A stretch of 64,000 nucleotides of DNA from Cycas panzhihuaensis (GCA_023213395.1 CM041465.1:202809741-202873740); one strand, 5' to 3'; shown: positions 40,501-53,768, numbered from the stretch's first letter. The notes: a model not told the origin generated them from the sequence alone. A program made the numbers and translations.

Positions 40501-42959
40501 GAAAATCAAGTGAAAGTTGTTAATGTTTTAAAAATTTTAATTGATGCTTCTCCTAACATATCGATAATCATCCTATTCATTGATCTTGATCATGAATAAT
40601 AGGATAGATTAGCAACATGCATTTATGATATGATGCCACCTATCTAGTTTAGAAGCATTCATAGCATGAAGTCCTCATTATAAGTGATCAATATGATCAT
40701 GCACTTACTAACTTATATGATTCTCAAATCATTAATGCTTCATTCATCTCTATTGAATTGGATTCAAAACTTTTGTATGATTCCAAGCTTGATGTCACCC
40801 CTAAGTCACTTTTTGTTAGCTTTTTGATAAATAAAAAGGATCTATATTCATTCTTTTTTACTAAAAAAATATAAAAGGAATTCAAAATAAGATGTCATAT
40901 TTGCTTATGAAATTATTTTTATAATGAGTCCTCTATTTGCTTCTATATAGAGGTTTGCTCTCTTGACAAGTTTTTGTCATCATTGTTGGGTTAATGATTT
41001 GTCATCATTGTTGGGATTAATGATCATCACCCCACTCCTACATTCCAACCAAGAGTACACACCTCACTCTCATCAATTTACACATGTGGGTGCTTACATG
41101 TGAAGGTAAGTATAAGGTAAGGTTAAGTTAATTTGATTTAATTTGAGTTAAGTTATATTTTATTGCTGTTTAAATTTTAGGGGTTAAGGAGTTTTCCTCC
41201 TCCCCCAAACTATATATTTAGAGGGGTATGCAACCTTGCTGTCTTTAGACACCACCTACATTTAGACATTTGTAATGCTCTCTCTCAAAAAATGGATTGA
41301 ATATAAAAGTTCTTATTTTTATGCAATAATGATGTATTGATCTATGATTATTTGTTTATGTTTTACCATGTTCTCCATCATTTATTGTTCCTACATTTGG
41401 TATCAGAGCAGAGATTACCAGGATGTTGCACCTCCATTTGAAGTTTTTTGAAGAGCAAGAAGATCTATTAGTATTTTTTAGGTAGATCTACTCACATCAA
41501 GCAAAGATTTGTTATATTCATTTTCTGAAAAGCTTATTAGTAGTTTCTTGTATTTAGTATTAGAGATCTGATTATTTTTGAATTGTAGTTATGAAATAAA
41601 AAATATATTTCAAATATTTTTTTTAGATTTGTGCAGGTGCATAGCTACAAACATCAAATATCAAGTTTTTATCACTCTATAGAGGTTTTATCAACAAGTT
41701 TTATATATTTCTGTCAAATATTTAACCATTTTCAAGCATTTTTTAATCTATTTATCCAATATTTTTTTAGATTTGTGTAGGAGCATAACTGTAAGTAATA
41801 TTTATTCAAAGTTTTATTCAGATCTACTATATATTCTTCAGATCTATTTATTTTATCAAATATTTAACCATTTTCTGGTTTATTTTATTTATACCTATGA
41901 TATTTGCTTTAGATATATAATATTAGCAACAGATATGTAATATTTTCTTTAGATCTACAATATTTACTTCAAATCTATATATTTTATTAAATATTTGATA
42001 ATTTCTTAAACATTGGTCTACTTAATATATTTTTTTAGATCTATGCAAGTTTTGGTGCATATTCAGCCTAACAAGTTATATACTATAGCAAATCTATCTA
42101 TTGGTGATATTTGTTTAAAGTTTCAACTTGTGTGGAAGAAGATCTCATCTTCAAAATTCAATCTGCTACAAATTTGCTATAACTACATTACTAGGTTTTT
42201 TATTTTATTTAGATTTAAACATATATATTTCTTGGTTCTTTGATATATCTACTCTAACATATTTGAAATATTTCAGATACAAATATATATGCATTTTATT
42301 TATTTGATATATTTTTGTCAATATATTCAAAGAATTTTCTAGTTTCATTTGTGGCTTCATTGAATCACTAGTTTTTTCATACCTTTCTATAAATATAAAT
42401 TTTTTTGAAATATCTCTTCGGTGATTATATGTTTCTGTGCATTGAAGCCACTTTGTTGTTGCAAGTGATCTTTAAAACCTCCTTTAAAATCAAGTTTCTC
42501 TTTACATTTTTTTTTTTTTAAGTCTCTTATCATCATCTGTTCCACTCGAAACAAGTTCATACACCTTTTTTTTCTTAGGCATTGAGAAAAATAAGCATTA
42601 TTGTTGAGAACTTGTTGTTGATATGCTTTGAACTCAAAAGAAGCTCCTTATCATATTTCTAGGTTTTGTGATTTATGATGAAATAAGGTGATAGATAACC
42701 TACTTCAATCTAGCTTTAAACATCATCTCTTATTTTCCTTATTTTCCACTTCATTTCTAATATCTAAAACCCAACAGATTGGAACTAATAAAATTTATAA
42801 AAGATCTTCATAGACTATATATTTTCTAACACTCAATATCAAACACACTCAACCATTTGAAGTAGATAAACTTCACAAAATAACCACAAAAACTAATAAA
42901 TATTTACTTTATAATTACCCTAGTCTAGAACACCCAATAGTATAAACAAGGTGCATAGA

Positions 42960-43440
42960 AGCCAACCCATATAACACATTACATTCATATCTAAGAAACA
43001 AGAAGCTACTATACACTTGTCATGAAAAGATCCTTGGCAAATTTGACACCACATGACTTTCCTGATTAATACATCTGTGTTGCACTGACTACATGTACAT
43101 TTCTCACAACTCTCTGCCTTCATCAAGAGAAAGGGAAATATTTCCTTCCTAGAAGTCTTTAACAGTCTTCTCTTATCCTTGTAGAATTATTTCAACCTTT
43201 GCTTAGGTGTCTATTAAGTGCCAACCTCTCTTCATATTCCTTGAGAATATACATAGGCAAATGAGACTCACTTAGCCAGTACTTGTTCCTACAATCTAGA
43301 GCCTCTCAAAGTCTATCTCCATGCTTGGTAATGTGTGTTAGAATTGCTTTCTGTTTCCCAAAGTCTAACAAATACTTCACCACATCCCCTTCAAAGCTCT
43401 TTGCATTAATAGTTGCATTCTTAAAACCAGTAACTTCCAT
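42960..43440 (-). pseudogene. PTM: Fragment of a DDT-PHD chromatin protein gene (PTM/DDP family), including the C-terminal Cys-rich zinc-finger region
   Basis: Manual translation: MEVTGFKNATINAKSFEGDVVKYLLDFGKQKAILTHITKHGDRL*EALDCRNKYWLSESHLPMYILKEYEERL...(frameshift)FPFLLMKAESCEKCTCSQCNTDVLIRKVMWCQICQGSFHDKC. This matches recalled plant PTM/DDP motifs KYLLDFGK, KYWLxESxxPLxLLKxFEE and CxxCxxDVxIRxxVxCxxCxGxFHK. Confidence 0.8.
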
Positions 43441-44150
43441 TATGAATATCATAACCATCATTTATTTTCCTATGCCCTAGGATTATAGTAATCTAGATTT
43501 AGCCAGGTTTAGCTCCTGTATACAATTATTTTAAATGATCCAAAGATTTTTTGTTGTATTTACTATTGCTCTTTCAATTTCGCCTCATATAGCAATCACC
43601 ACTTGAAGCTAACTCAGTTCTGCTTCATTCTCTTTATCACAACATTAACATTGTCTGACCTAAATCTATGCCCATAAAACTAATGCCAGATTCTTATTTC
43701 TAAAGACACATTTGGTGTGGTGAGTGTGGATCGAACATGCTACCTTATCCCCCACCTCTAAGTCGCGAAAAGTCATGAATTTGCTATTCTTTTAATGTTG
43801 CTTCTCTGATCTAGGCATGATAGAGGAGTTTAGAGAAGATAGCTAATCGGAGTGTTCATTAAATAAACTTGAATTCTGTCATTCAACTAAAATTTATATG
43901 GGATGAAGATTAAATGTTTCCATCACTGGGACTATTAAAGTCTCACCTTTAGACATCACATCAACAATGTCTAAATCTTTCTCAGATAAAAACTGTCTGT
44001 TTGGTATCGAATGTGTGACAATGCATTCAGCATCCTTTGTTTCCTCTGCATGACATTTGGGTAGCTTGTCTGTGTGACGAGGAGCACAAATGACAATGAT
44101 GTCTTGAGTGCCACATTTTTAAATTTTAGAAAAAATATTTTTTTATTTTT

Positions 44151-44152
<2 letters not shown>

Positions 44153-44197
<45 letters not shown>
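44153..44197. repeat. (TA)n microsatellite
   Basis: Directly visible. Confidence 0.95.
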
Positions 44198-44202
<5 letters not shown>

Positions 44203-45494
44203 AAGTTTAAAAAATTTAACTAAAATTTATATATTTTTTAATTCCACTCCCTCCTTTGACTTTAGCCCCTAGTCACGCACTATCTTATGTGACCGTTAGT
44301 TATCATCAAAAGGGGCCAATTCACTTTTTTATAAAACTTTTCTTTTTAATTTTTTTAATTTTTTTATTTCGCATAGGGTACCTGGCAAATTTTTGCCATA
44401 ACTTTTGATTAGGTCATCGGTTTATGATGAAACCTATCCCATTACATCCAAAATTTGCTAAATTATGATTTTGACTTATCATATGCCTTATTTGGAGCTA
44501 ATTTGACATATTTTTAGTTAGTTTAAAGCTAATCATTTAATTTTAGAGCCATTTTAAACTATTTTCATAAAATCCATTTTTCATCAGATTATATTTTATT
44601 ACCGGGAAGTTATTTTCTACCTAGATATGCTCTGCAGTAATCTATTATCAATAAACTTCATCACCATTTATTCATTTGATTTTTTAGGATTTATTTAATC
44701 ATTATTTTAATCAGCGAAAGTGATACTTTAGCATTTTTTTAAACACTTTCCCATAAAAGTACTTCTTGTTAATTTTATTATAACTTTTCTCTTTTACATC
44801 AGAATTTAGAACCGTTAGTTTCATTGGGAAGATAATTCACTCTTCTTTGAACTGACACTATTTTTTATAAGTTTTAAAGTGTTTTCTATGATTTTAAAGC
44901 CATTAAAATTAAGGTACATAATAGCCTCAAATTTATTGTTATTACATATTTTTATATATTATTTTTCATGTTTTTCCTACTGAAAATATATTAAACAGCT
45001 CTCTAAACCATATTTGACCATTTTACATTATTCTACAAATTTTTATTAGCATTTTTATAATATTTTGAGCCCCAAGCTCTTGTTAAGCTTCAAAAAGAGG
45101 ACTGTACCTTTGGTTCATTAAAATATTAACTTGTAGGAACCTGTTTTCAAAATGGTCAGTTCTATTAAATAGTTTTTTCATTGATCTTCAAACTGGCATA
45201 ATTTCACCTTATTCTGACATTGTTTAGTATAGCTTTGAAGATGCTAAACTTGAGCATTTGACATACCCTAACATTTTAAAAATTAAAAGGTTGATAATTC
45301 TTTTATTTTTCATCATCAAAGTTTCAATTCAAATTTGCATAATTAAAAGGATCTTAGTTATATTTAAAATTTGCTTATATATTTATTATATTTCAAATTT
45401 TTATCTTAAATTATATCTTATAAGTTTGTTATTTATTAAGTTCTTTGACTTGGTAAAAGTATATTCCTTCTGTGTACTAAAGTTTTCCATTAAA

Positions 45495-45770
45495 ATGGTA
45501 ATCAATATTAATAAAGTACAATTTCCTATATTCAATGGCTATAATTTTTTACTATGGCATCAAACAATGTAAAATTATTTTATTACACATAATTTTTAGA
45601 GTTACCTATAAGATGAATATGATGTTAATATTAAGGAAAATATTAAAAAAGATAATGAAGCCTTAGCTTTACTATTTTGTATTATAGATGATAATGTCTT
45701 TTCTAGAGTTTGTTAATTAACAACTTCTAAATCTGCATGGGATGCCTTGATTTCTAATTATGGGGGAGAT
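45495..45770 (+). pseudogene. Copia gag N-terminal remnant
   Basis: MVININKVQFPIFNGYNFLLWHQTM*NYF...KKDNEALAF...DDNVFSRVC*LTTSKSAWDAL, the typical Copia gag start. Confidence 0.8.
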
Positions 45771-46972
45771 ATCCTCAATGAATTTAATATTAATATTGTT
45801 GAGCATGTGAGATAGGTGCCAAAATAGGTGGATTGTAATGACAAGACTAAGGGAGATTCAAGTCAAATGCATGGTCATCTTGTTGCACAAGAACCTAGTC
45901 CTCAATTTCAAGGGGAGAGATATGATAATATGACAGTTGCTTATAAAACATAATTTTTAGAAGATAAAGTTAAAGTTGTAGAAGTTAAAATAAAAGTTGA
46001 AGCCATATCTCCACATTTGAATCAAGCTACGTTTACTTGTAGATTTTTTACACCATTCAATGACAAAGACGTACACTTTGCTAAAAGGATAAAGCAAGTT
46101 AATAAAGATCAAGTTAAGAGACAAATATTTAAAAGTTTTTTTTAAGTACAAATTCTACAAGTTTAAAGAGAAGACAAACTTATTCATAATGACCATTAAG
46201 GGGGAGAATATTGGGGTTAATAATCATCACCCTACTCCCACATTCCAACAAGGAGTGCACACCTCACTCTCATTAATTTACACATGTGAGTGCTCACATG
46301 TAAAGGTAAGTATAAGGTAAGGTTAAGTTGATTTGATTTAATTTGAGTTACGTTATATTTTATTGTTGTTTGAATTTTAGGGGTTGAGGAGTTTCCCTCC
46401 TCCTCCAAACTATATATTTGGAAGGGTGTGCAACCCTGGTATCTTTAGACACTACCTACATTTAGACATTTATAATACTCTCTCTCAAAAAATGGATTGA
46501 ATATAAAAGCTCTTATGCTTATGTAACAATGATGTATTGATCTTTGATTATTTGTTTATGTTCTACCCTATTCTCTATCATTCATTTTTCTATAATCATT
46601 TAAAAATTAATTTAACCTAAGTATTGTTGATACCACTCTATGCTTTAGTAATACATAGGTATTTTGATTATACTTCTATGGTGTATATGTTGCTTATGTG
46701 GTTTTACCTAATTTTTAAGGGGGCATAGCCTAATAGGATATTTACATCCCTTACTCTTACTTCTCAAGCTTGATATATTCCCTACATATAATGCTCTACC
46801 TTACATTAAGATTCACCCCTTTTACTACAAAAGAGTCCTTTTTACTACAAAAGAGTTTAACTTTGTATTATTGAACTCTACTCTTATTGAAATTGATCTT
46901 CTTCTATTAGCCCACACTAAAGCTGTCACTTTGCTTGATTAAACCATCATGTTTATTGTTTAGCCTTAGATT

Positions 46973-47359
46973 ATTTATGTTGATGGTGCATCCCAAGGAA
47001 AATTAGGCTTATCCATGACTACTTAGATTACTCAAGACTCTAATAGAGATCTATTTGAAGTCATCAGAAGATGTTTGAATCATACTACTAATAACTTGGT
47101 TAAGTTTAAAGTTGCCATTACTATATTGAAATCTTCCATTTTATTACACATACAATGTATTATCCTTTACTCAAATTCGTAGTCGTTAGTCTATTAACTC
47201 ATGGGTAGTTGTATTACACATAATCCTACTTTGGCTTCTACTTTACACTATATCCATTATTTCGCTTACTTTTGTTGTTCTTTTATTATCATGCACATCT
47301 TGCACTCATAGAATTATGAAGTAAATTTCTTGGAAAATATGATACTTAATGCCCATTAG
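46973..47359 (+). pseudogene. Archaeal-type RNase HI (aRH) remnant of a Tat-type Gypsy element
   Basis: IYVDGASQGKLG...TTNNLVKFKVAI...YSNS*SLVY*LMG...HILHS*NYEVNFLEN, matching the RNase HI pattern DGAS.G.PG / TNN.AEY / DS.LV..Q / HI.R..N..AD.LAN. Confidence 0.8.
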
Positions 47360-49811
47360 TAGACCTTTTCCTAATATGTTAGTGTGCATAGTGGTTTATG
47401 CATGCTTTTTTATTTTATTTGGTTTGCTTGCTTTCCCTTTTAAAGGTGAAGTAATACTACCATAAGGACATAGTCTTAGAATTCTTCCCTTTTATTAAAC
47501 CTAAACAGAGTTAAGTCAAAGAATTTTAAGGACTTAAATCTACTCCCTCCTCATGAATCATACCTAATTCCTAAGGATTAGTCAGCCACCTTCATGGAGA
47601 ACTCACTACCTCCTATATCAATTTAACTACTACTTATTAACCAATTATATATCTAGCATTTATTAGTTTCTTTGTTTAAAATTTTAACATTGTAGGGCCA
47701 TAGGATTTGTGCAACAAGTTGGTCAATGGCCACATTAGTCACTACTATGAGGGGCTACTTATATTTTTGGAAGGGTAGAGATATTAGCACTTATTATATA
47801 TCTCATGAGTAAACTGTGAGGTAACAGGTTAAAGACTTTATCTATTGAAGATTGTAGAAGACTATTAGATGTTAACACTTCTTAATTGACAAAATTAGGA
47901 TTTCTTATTTAACTCATTAAGAATAGGTCTTCCTATTTTTGTTCCATTAAGGTTAATATGTTTAGATTGCCTCCATCTTATTTTTACTTAGGTTGACTAT
48001 TCTGTGCCTAAAACTTTAGCCTCTATAGCCATATTTTATGATGTGTTAGTCTATATTGAGCTATTATATCTATAAATGAGGTTGGCTATAAATCCTAGAT
48101 CCTTTTTATACCTAGACTCCCTTCTTTAGGTTCCATATAACTCATCATTGTAGAATCCAATAGGTATTGTTGGACCAATTGAATTAGAGGAGCATATTTT
48201 ACTTTCCTTGAATATAAACAAATCTTCTCTTCTTATTGCTTAGGTAGTTACTTAGGAATGTAATGTTTATTTTATGTGTATTATCCTACCCTTGCCCTAA
48301 AGCTCTTCTAAACACTTAAATTAAGTTCTATGTAAATCTAGATAGAATGAGAGTGCCCCTATTCTTTTGAATATTTAATTATTCAAATTGGCCTATTATA
48401 AAACTTTTTGAGGATCACCATCAACTCTCATATTCTCTTCAATCTATTTTCCCTACTTGTTTGCTTGGGTCTTATGTTTGAGTCAATTGAGTCATATTGT
48501 ACAATCCTATTGAGTCACTTTTACTGTCGTTATGAAGAGAATACAAGGGTTTAGAGCTAACTCCCTTGCCTAACCTTATCTCTAGATTAGATTGAGTTGT
48601 ACAACTCACCATTGAAGGGGTCAAGATGCCATTAAGCCAACCTTGAAAGACTTTAATTACCTACTTAGTTATTGAGTCAACATCACTTTAGTTTTTCGGT
48701 TGAGGATTGTTTTCTATTACATCAAGTTAGGCCTTATTCCTAGCCCACCCCCTAGGAGTCTCTTATCTTCTTCACCATTGACCTTTTGGTCACCTTCGAC
48801 AATAATAATTCATGGTTGAGTAGATGTCTTTTTTCCTTTTGCCCCAATTTTTTTAGCATGGTTTGATTCATAGATCTTATGGTGGAGCAAGTTCTCTACT
48901 TCATTATCTAGTCTTAATAGTAGTGTAGGCTAGCATAGTTCAAGTGTTTTTTAATTATGATAGACTCTTTTAGTTCTTCTCTCAGAAATGCTCACTTTTG
49001 GATCTTTATGATGTTGGTTTATAATTTATAGCAAATGATCATTTTGCTTGTTGTTGTTATTATGACTTAATTATCACCTTTTCCAGAATGTTCCTTGGAT
49101 CCTTTGTATCTGAGTATTGTGGAGAGCAACTTCAAGTTATTTTAGTTTTGTTATGACTCATCATCATAGATATAGGTTATATATTAATAATTATTAGGTG
49201 ATTATCATGCTTCTTTAGTATATGGGTTCCTACACTACATTTAGTTCATTGTTTAGGTTTCAATATTTGATTCATTTTTATGTTCCCTCATCATCAACAT
49301 CTTTTATAGGTGTATGTGTGGAGTAATTGGTTGTATTTTTATAGTTTGAGTTTGAGTGGTTATCTTATACTACCCTAGTTATACAAGATTTTACATATTG
49401 ACATAGGTGGATTTATTACATTCTAGTATCATTAGTAGATCATTATTCCAATCTTTTAATAATATTCATCTTGGTAGTTGGTATTGGATAACATTTCCTT
49501 TTTTTAAAGTGCTATTTATAATTTTGATGGTCCTTTTTAGTAGTGGACCATTGGTTTTAAATATTTTATATTTACATTGATGCTCCCAATAGTTCCTTTT
49601 GGTCTTTTAGTGGCTATTGGTGATTTTAGTGATGGTTATTATTTCTCACTTTAGTCAGTGATCAAGTTTTTAGCTTGACAACCATATCATCATTTTAGAT
49701 GGCCTTAGCACTTGATTCTTCAAAGGTTTTATTATAGATTTATATTTTTTTAGATTATTAATTTAGTGGACATCTTCAACCCTATTGGTCTTCAGTGCCT
49801 AGGGGCCATTA

Positions 49812-52166
49812 TGTTGATGCAACAATATTTTTTGGTGCCTAGATGCATTGATGATAATGACACTTTATATGTTAGTGGATAGGTTACTTAGGATGATGTC
49901 ACCCCCTCTGGCCCCTTTTTTGATGTATTTTCATGTTACAAGTATCCCTTTAATTGGGTTTTTGTATACTTAATTAAGTAGACTAGTTAGTAGGTTTGGA
50001 AGAAGGCTTGTCAGACTAAGTAAATTACCTTATTCCTCACCTATTCTTTTGTAATATGTACACACATACATATAGATATATATTGGAGGAATAAAAAAGA
50101 AAGGGTTTTGACTAAGATCTCGGCATATGGAGAATATAAAATATGAACCTTCATGTGATTAATATATAAAATTAACATATGCATACTTTGTTTGTTCACT
50201 TCTTGGGAGAGGGTTGGTTCTTTTTATATATTCTAATTGGTGGACCTTAAATTCTCTCAGGGCAGCAAAGACATAGGCAATAATAGATGGGTTATTTTTT
50301 CATGATGAGGGGCATGATGATGACTGCGCTAAAGCTATAAGTTTCTACAGTTATTAGAGCTCAATATTAACATCTTTAGGGGCTCTTTAATGATTTAAGT
50401 CTCTATATGGACCAAATTTTAGTATAGGATTTTACAAATTTACCTATTTCTCTCAAAAACTTTAATAATAATGGCATGATGCTTTAGCCCAAAGGGCATT
50501 CTTATCATATTGGATAACTAAGGGAAGAAACAATTTGTACAAAGCATACTCTGCCAAGTTTTCTCAGATCTTTTCCTATTGATTTTGGTTGATTTGCTAC
50601 TTAATAAATAAATATAAGGGACACTTTGATATGTATATTCAAATTACTATTTGGAAAGCAATAGTTATAGGATTTGTACTATTTCCCTCATACATCAATT
50701 CCTCTACATAAATGAATAAAGGGATCCATACTTCTCTTTTGTGTCAATCCCATCATCATGATATGTTGAGCATTACTTCAAGATTCCCCCTTTTTAACAC
50801 GGTTTACTTAAAATGGTCAACCTATTCTAGTCTCCTCTCTCATAACTTTTGCAGAGTTCTCATACATAAATATCATGCACCATAAGAAGATTGAATTGTT
50901 AATGGGTCTAAGAAATTGAACGGTAAGTAATTATTTATTAAGCATAAATTTAGTAATTCTCATTTAATCTAGGATCTTTTTTTTAAAGAAGATCCTTAAA
51001 TTTCCTTGGATGGTTTGTATTCAAAATCTCTTGTGAAAAACTTATTTTAGACCTTTGAAATTTTTATAGATATTATAATAAGGCAAGTTGCACTAAGATT
51101 ATTTTTGTTTTAGTTAGGTTTGAAGTTTCCTTGTTGTTTTTTGAAGTAAAAGGCATTTCACAAAGGGGAATCTCTTTAATGTTATCTCTCGACAATTGAT
51201 CTGGTTATTCTAATTTTATTAACTTACCACTATTTTATAAAGCTTTTGGATCATAGCACTAAGATTATGTAACATTAGTTAGTTAAATGAAATTGGGCTA
51301 TTATTTTGTAATTGAGGATGGATTATGGATTGGGATGCATCTAATTTGTCAAAGGAATGGAATATATTATAGGTTATAGACCATTCTTATTGAGTGTTTT
51401 TCAATTAATAATTTTTCTTTGTGGAGAGCATAGTGCAAAGGAGACTATTACTAGTTAAGGTTGATTAAATGTTTTTTGATAATATGGTAAACTCTTGGGC
51501 ATGAAGAAATTCATGAAATTCTTGAAAACCTCTTAAAAGTTACGAATGGTAATAGACTTGAAGTTAGTCAACCAAACCCTTTAAAACCTGATACTATAGT
51601 AGTAATAGTCAACCATATAATTACTTAGATTCATAAAAATTTTCTTATATATATATTGATAGGAAAAAGTTGCTTGCTCATTGTGAATACTTCTCCAAAC
51701 AATAGTATTATCCTTATTAGCTTTTATGCTAATAGTAATATCATGTAGGACCTTCATAATTCTATTTACAGATCCCTTTACACTTACAAAAAACTAATGG
51801 ACATTATGCTCCAAAATTCTAGAAGACTAGTATTAAAAATAGTGAAGACTTGAAGTTCCATTAACATTTGTGAAGCACAAGGTTAAATATATTCTCTTTC
51901 ACATATGTGGCTTATGTTTGTTATGTTAGATACATAGGAATTATTTTATAGTTTTCTTATAGTCCCCTTGGATTACCAACAAGTTTATATACTCCCTTCC
52001 ATGATGAGACGAGTGCAAACTACTAAATAGGATTACAACTATAATATTTTTAGAGGTAGTTTCAATTATGTTGCTATCTCTAGTTCCAAAGTTAAAATTA
52101 CAGGTCATGTGGTAGTTGTATGCATGTGTGGAAACTTCATTGTAACTAGAGCACTATTGTGAATGT
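49812..52166 (+). mobile_element. Putative 3' LTR of the Gypsy host, cut off by a Copia insertion
   Basis: Collinear with 27709-30186. Homology ends exactly where tgttagaat begins at 52167. Confidence 0.8.
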
Positions 52167-53413
52167 TGTTAGAATATTAATATTCTATCCTATGTTTTTA
52201 CTTTGGGGGTCTCTTATGTGTAATTAAGGATCATATGTTATGATCCCTCTTTTGTTTAAATATAACACTTGGCATACATATATTGGGCCTCTCTTATAAA
52301 CTAGATGTATTTATATGAGAAAGAAACTCTCACCCATCTATCAATGAAGATCATTTTCTTTTAATATTCTATCATTTTTTTAAGAATGGTATTAGAGTAA
52401 ATTTATTAAGTTATAAGGCATTAAATTTTTTTAGAAGGAGGAAACTTATCAAGAAGAAGACTGAAGATTAAAATAAGGAAGATAATCCTAGAAGACCCTA
52501 TATGGATCTGTATAACCATATACAACCAAAATTTGAAGTGCTTATATTACAATCAAATTTTACTAAAAGGACATTTTGATGAGTAGAGGCTATTGTCCCA
52601 AAGAGTCAATTGCAAATTCAACCTTTATAAGTGAGAAATTATAAAAAATAAGGGTATGGATTTGAAATAACTTTTGCTATTTTCTCTCTCTTTTTTTTTT
52701 AGTTTTAGTCCCTAAAATTTGTCTTCAAATCTTACTTAAGACATAATCTTTCCATCAAGTATAATTTTACAAAGGGATTTTAATATTTTTTTAAGTTATA
52801 AGTAAAAAAATAGTTCAAATCCTAGTCACCTCTCTCACTTTCAAGTTATTTTTTAGACAAACAAAAGGTTCAATCTAAATTTTACATGTAGATTTTGATA
52901 GGTGGTGAAGAGATCTATACTTTCAGGGAGCCTTTTTTGGAATCCAGACACCTATACTTTTTTCATACAACTATATGATTGTACATCCCTAACCTATAAT
53001 AAAGAGAAAAAATGGTATTTTTTGTAGTCCTCTTTTCTTTCCTTACAAAATAGCCTTTGTTTACTAATTAGGAGACTTAGATAAATTAATTAGACAAAAT
53101 TATGGTATTTAAAAAATAATAATACAAGGTCTTTTAGTTGTCAAAATTGCCTAGGATATTATTACTAAGAAAGAAAAAAAACCTAGTTACCACAAATACT
53201 ATAAAGCTTACCAGTTAAGAAGAAAATGATAGACATGCCTTGGCAATGATTATACTATCCATAAGTGACTCTATTTTAACCCATCTAAGTGGATCCTCCT
53301 CTTTAATTAAAGCTTGAAATTTTCTTTTTGCTATATATAGTCAAAATAACGAAGCTCAAATTATTACTCTTGGAGAATAACTATACTAACTCCATTTATG
53401 GGAGGATGAATAA
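52167..53413 (+). mobile_element. Copia element A, 5' part (short LTR, PBS, gag start)
   Basis: TG start at 52167, tggtattagag at 52387, gag LDKLIRQNYGI*KIII...DRHALAMIILSISDSILTHL at about 53075-53400. Confidence 0.8.
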
Positions 53414-53768
53414 TGAAGGAAAATATACTTGTAGGAGAACAGGGCAGAACATATATCAAATAACCATAAACCAATATTGCATTAATACATCAATGTATCA
53501 TAATCACAATAGCATAAACCATGAAAGCATTGTTGTTCAATCCATTGTAGCAGAAAAGAGTAATATAAATTTCTCAAATAAGGGTGGTGTCTAAAGACAC
53601 CAGGGTTGCACACCCCTTAATATTTATAGTTTGGGGGAGGAGGGAAACTCCTCAACCCTTGAATTCAAAATGATAATAAAATAATGTTAACTTAACTCAA
53701 ATGAAACTAACTCAACTTACCTTAACTTACCTTGACATGTTGAGCATCACATGTCTAAATTGAAGAGA
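53414..53768 (-). mobile_element. Truncated antisense LTR related to the 41009/46209 LTR family
   Basis: The reverse complement shares gagtttccctcctcccccaaactata, gtgcaaccctggtgtctttagacaccacc and the acatgt hairpin with those LTRs. About the first 60 bp of the LTR are missing. Confidence 0.85.

Larger units (their letters stand above)
41009..46594 (+). mobile_element. Structurally complete non-autonomous Copia-type element (LTR-PBS-leader-cargo-partial gag-PPT-LTR), TSD ATCAT
   Basis: LTRs at 41009-41395 and 46209-46594 (about 89% identical by eye). Perfect PBS tggtatcagagc at 41398-41409. PPT taagggggagaa at about 46197-46208. ATCAT at 41004-41008 and 46595-46599. No pol motifs. Confidence 0.93.
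27709..52166 (+). mobile_element. Large non-chromoviral (Athila/Tat-type) Gypsy host element with nested insertions
   Basis: 27709-30186 is collinear with 49812-52166. Both start tgttgatg, and the second follows the purine-rich aggggccatta. PBS-like tttttggcaaacctattggggact at 31572, gag PRLPKFYRKSYEDPKKH at about 31983-32035, protease at about 40200-40490, aRH at 46973-47359. Linking all parts into one element is an inference. Confidence 0.7.

Noticed and set aside
44374-45270. hAT-like MITE bounded by tagggta...tacccta
   Set aside because: Only about 7 bp of terminal match and no 8-bp TSD.
53328-53594. 88-aa ORF
   Set aside because: It spans the junction between gag (out of frame) and an antisense LTR.
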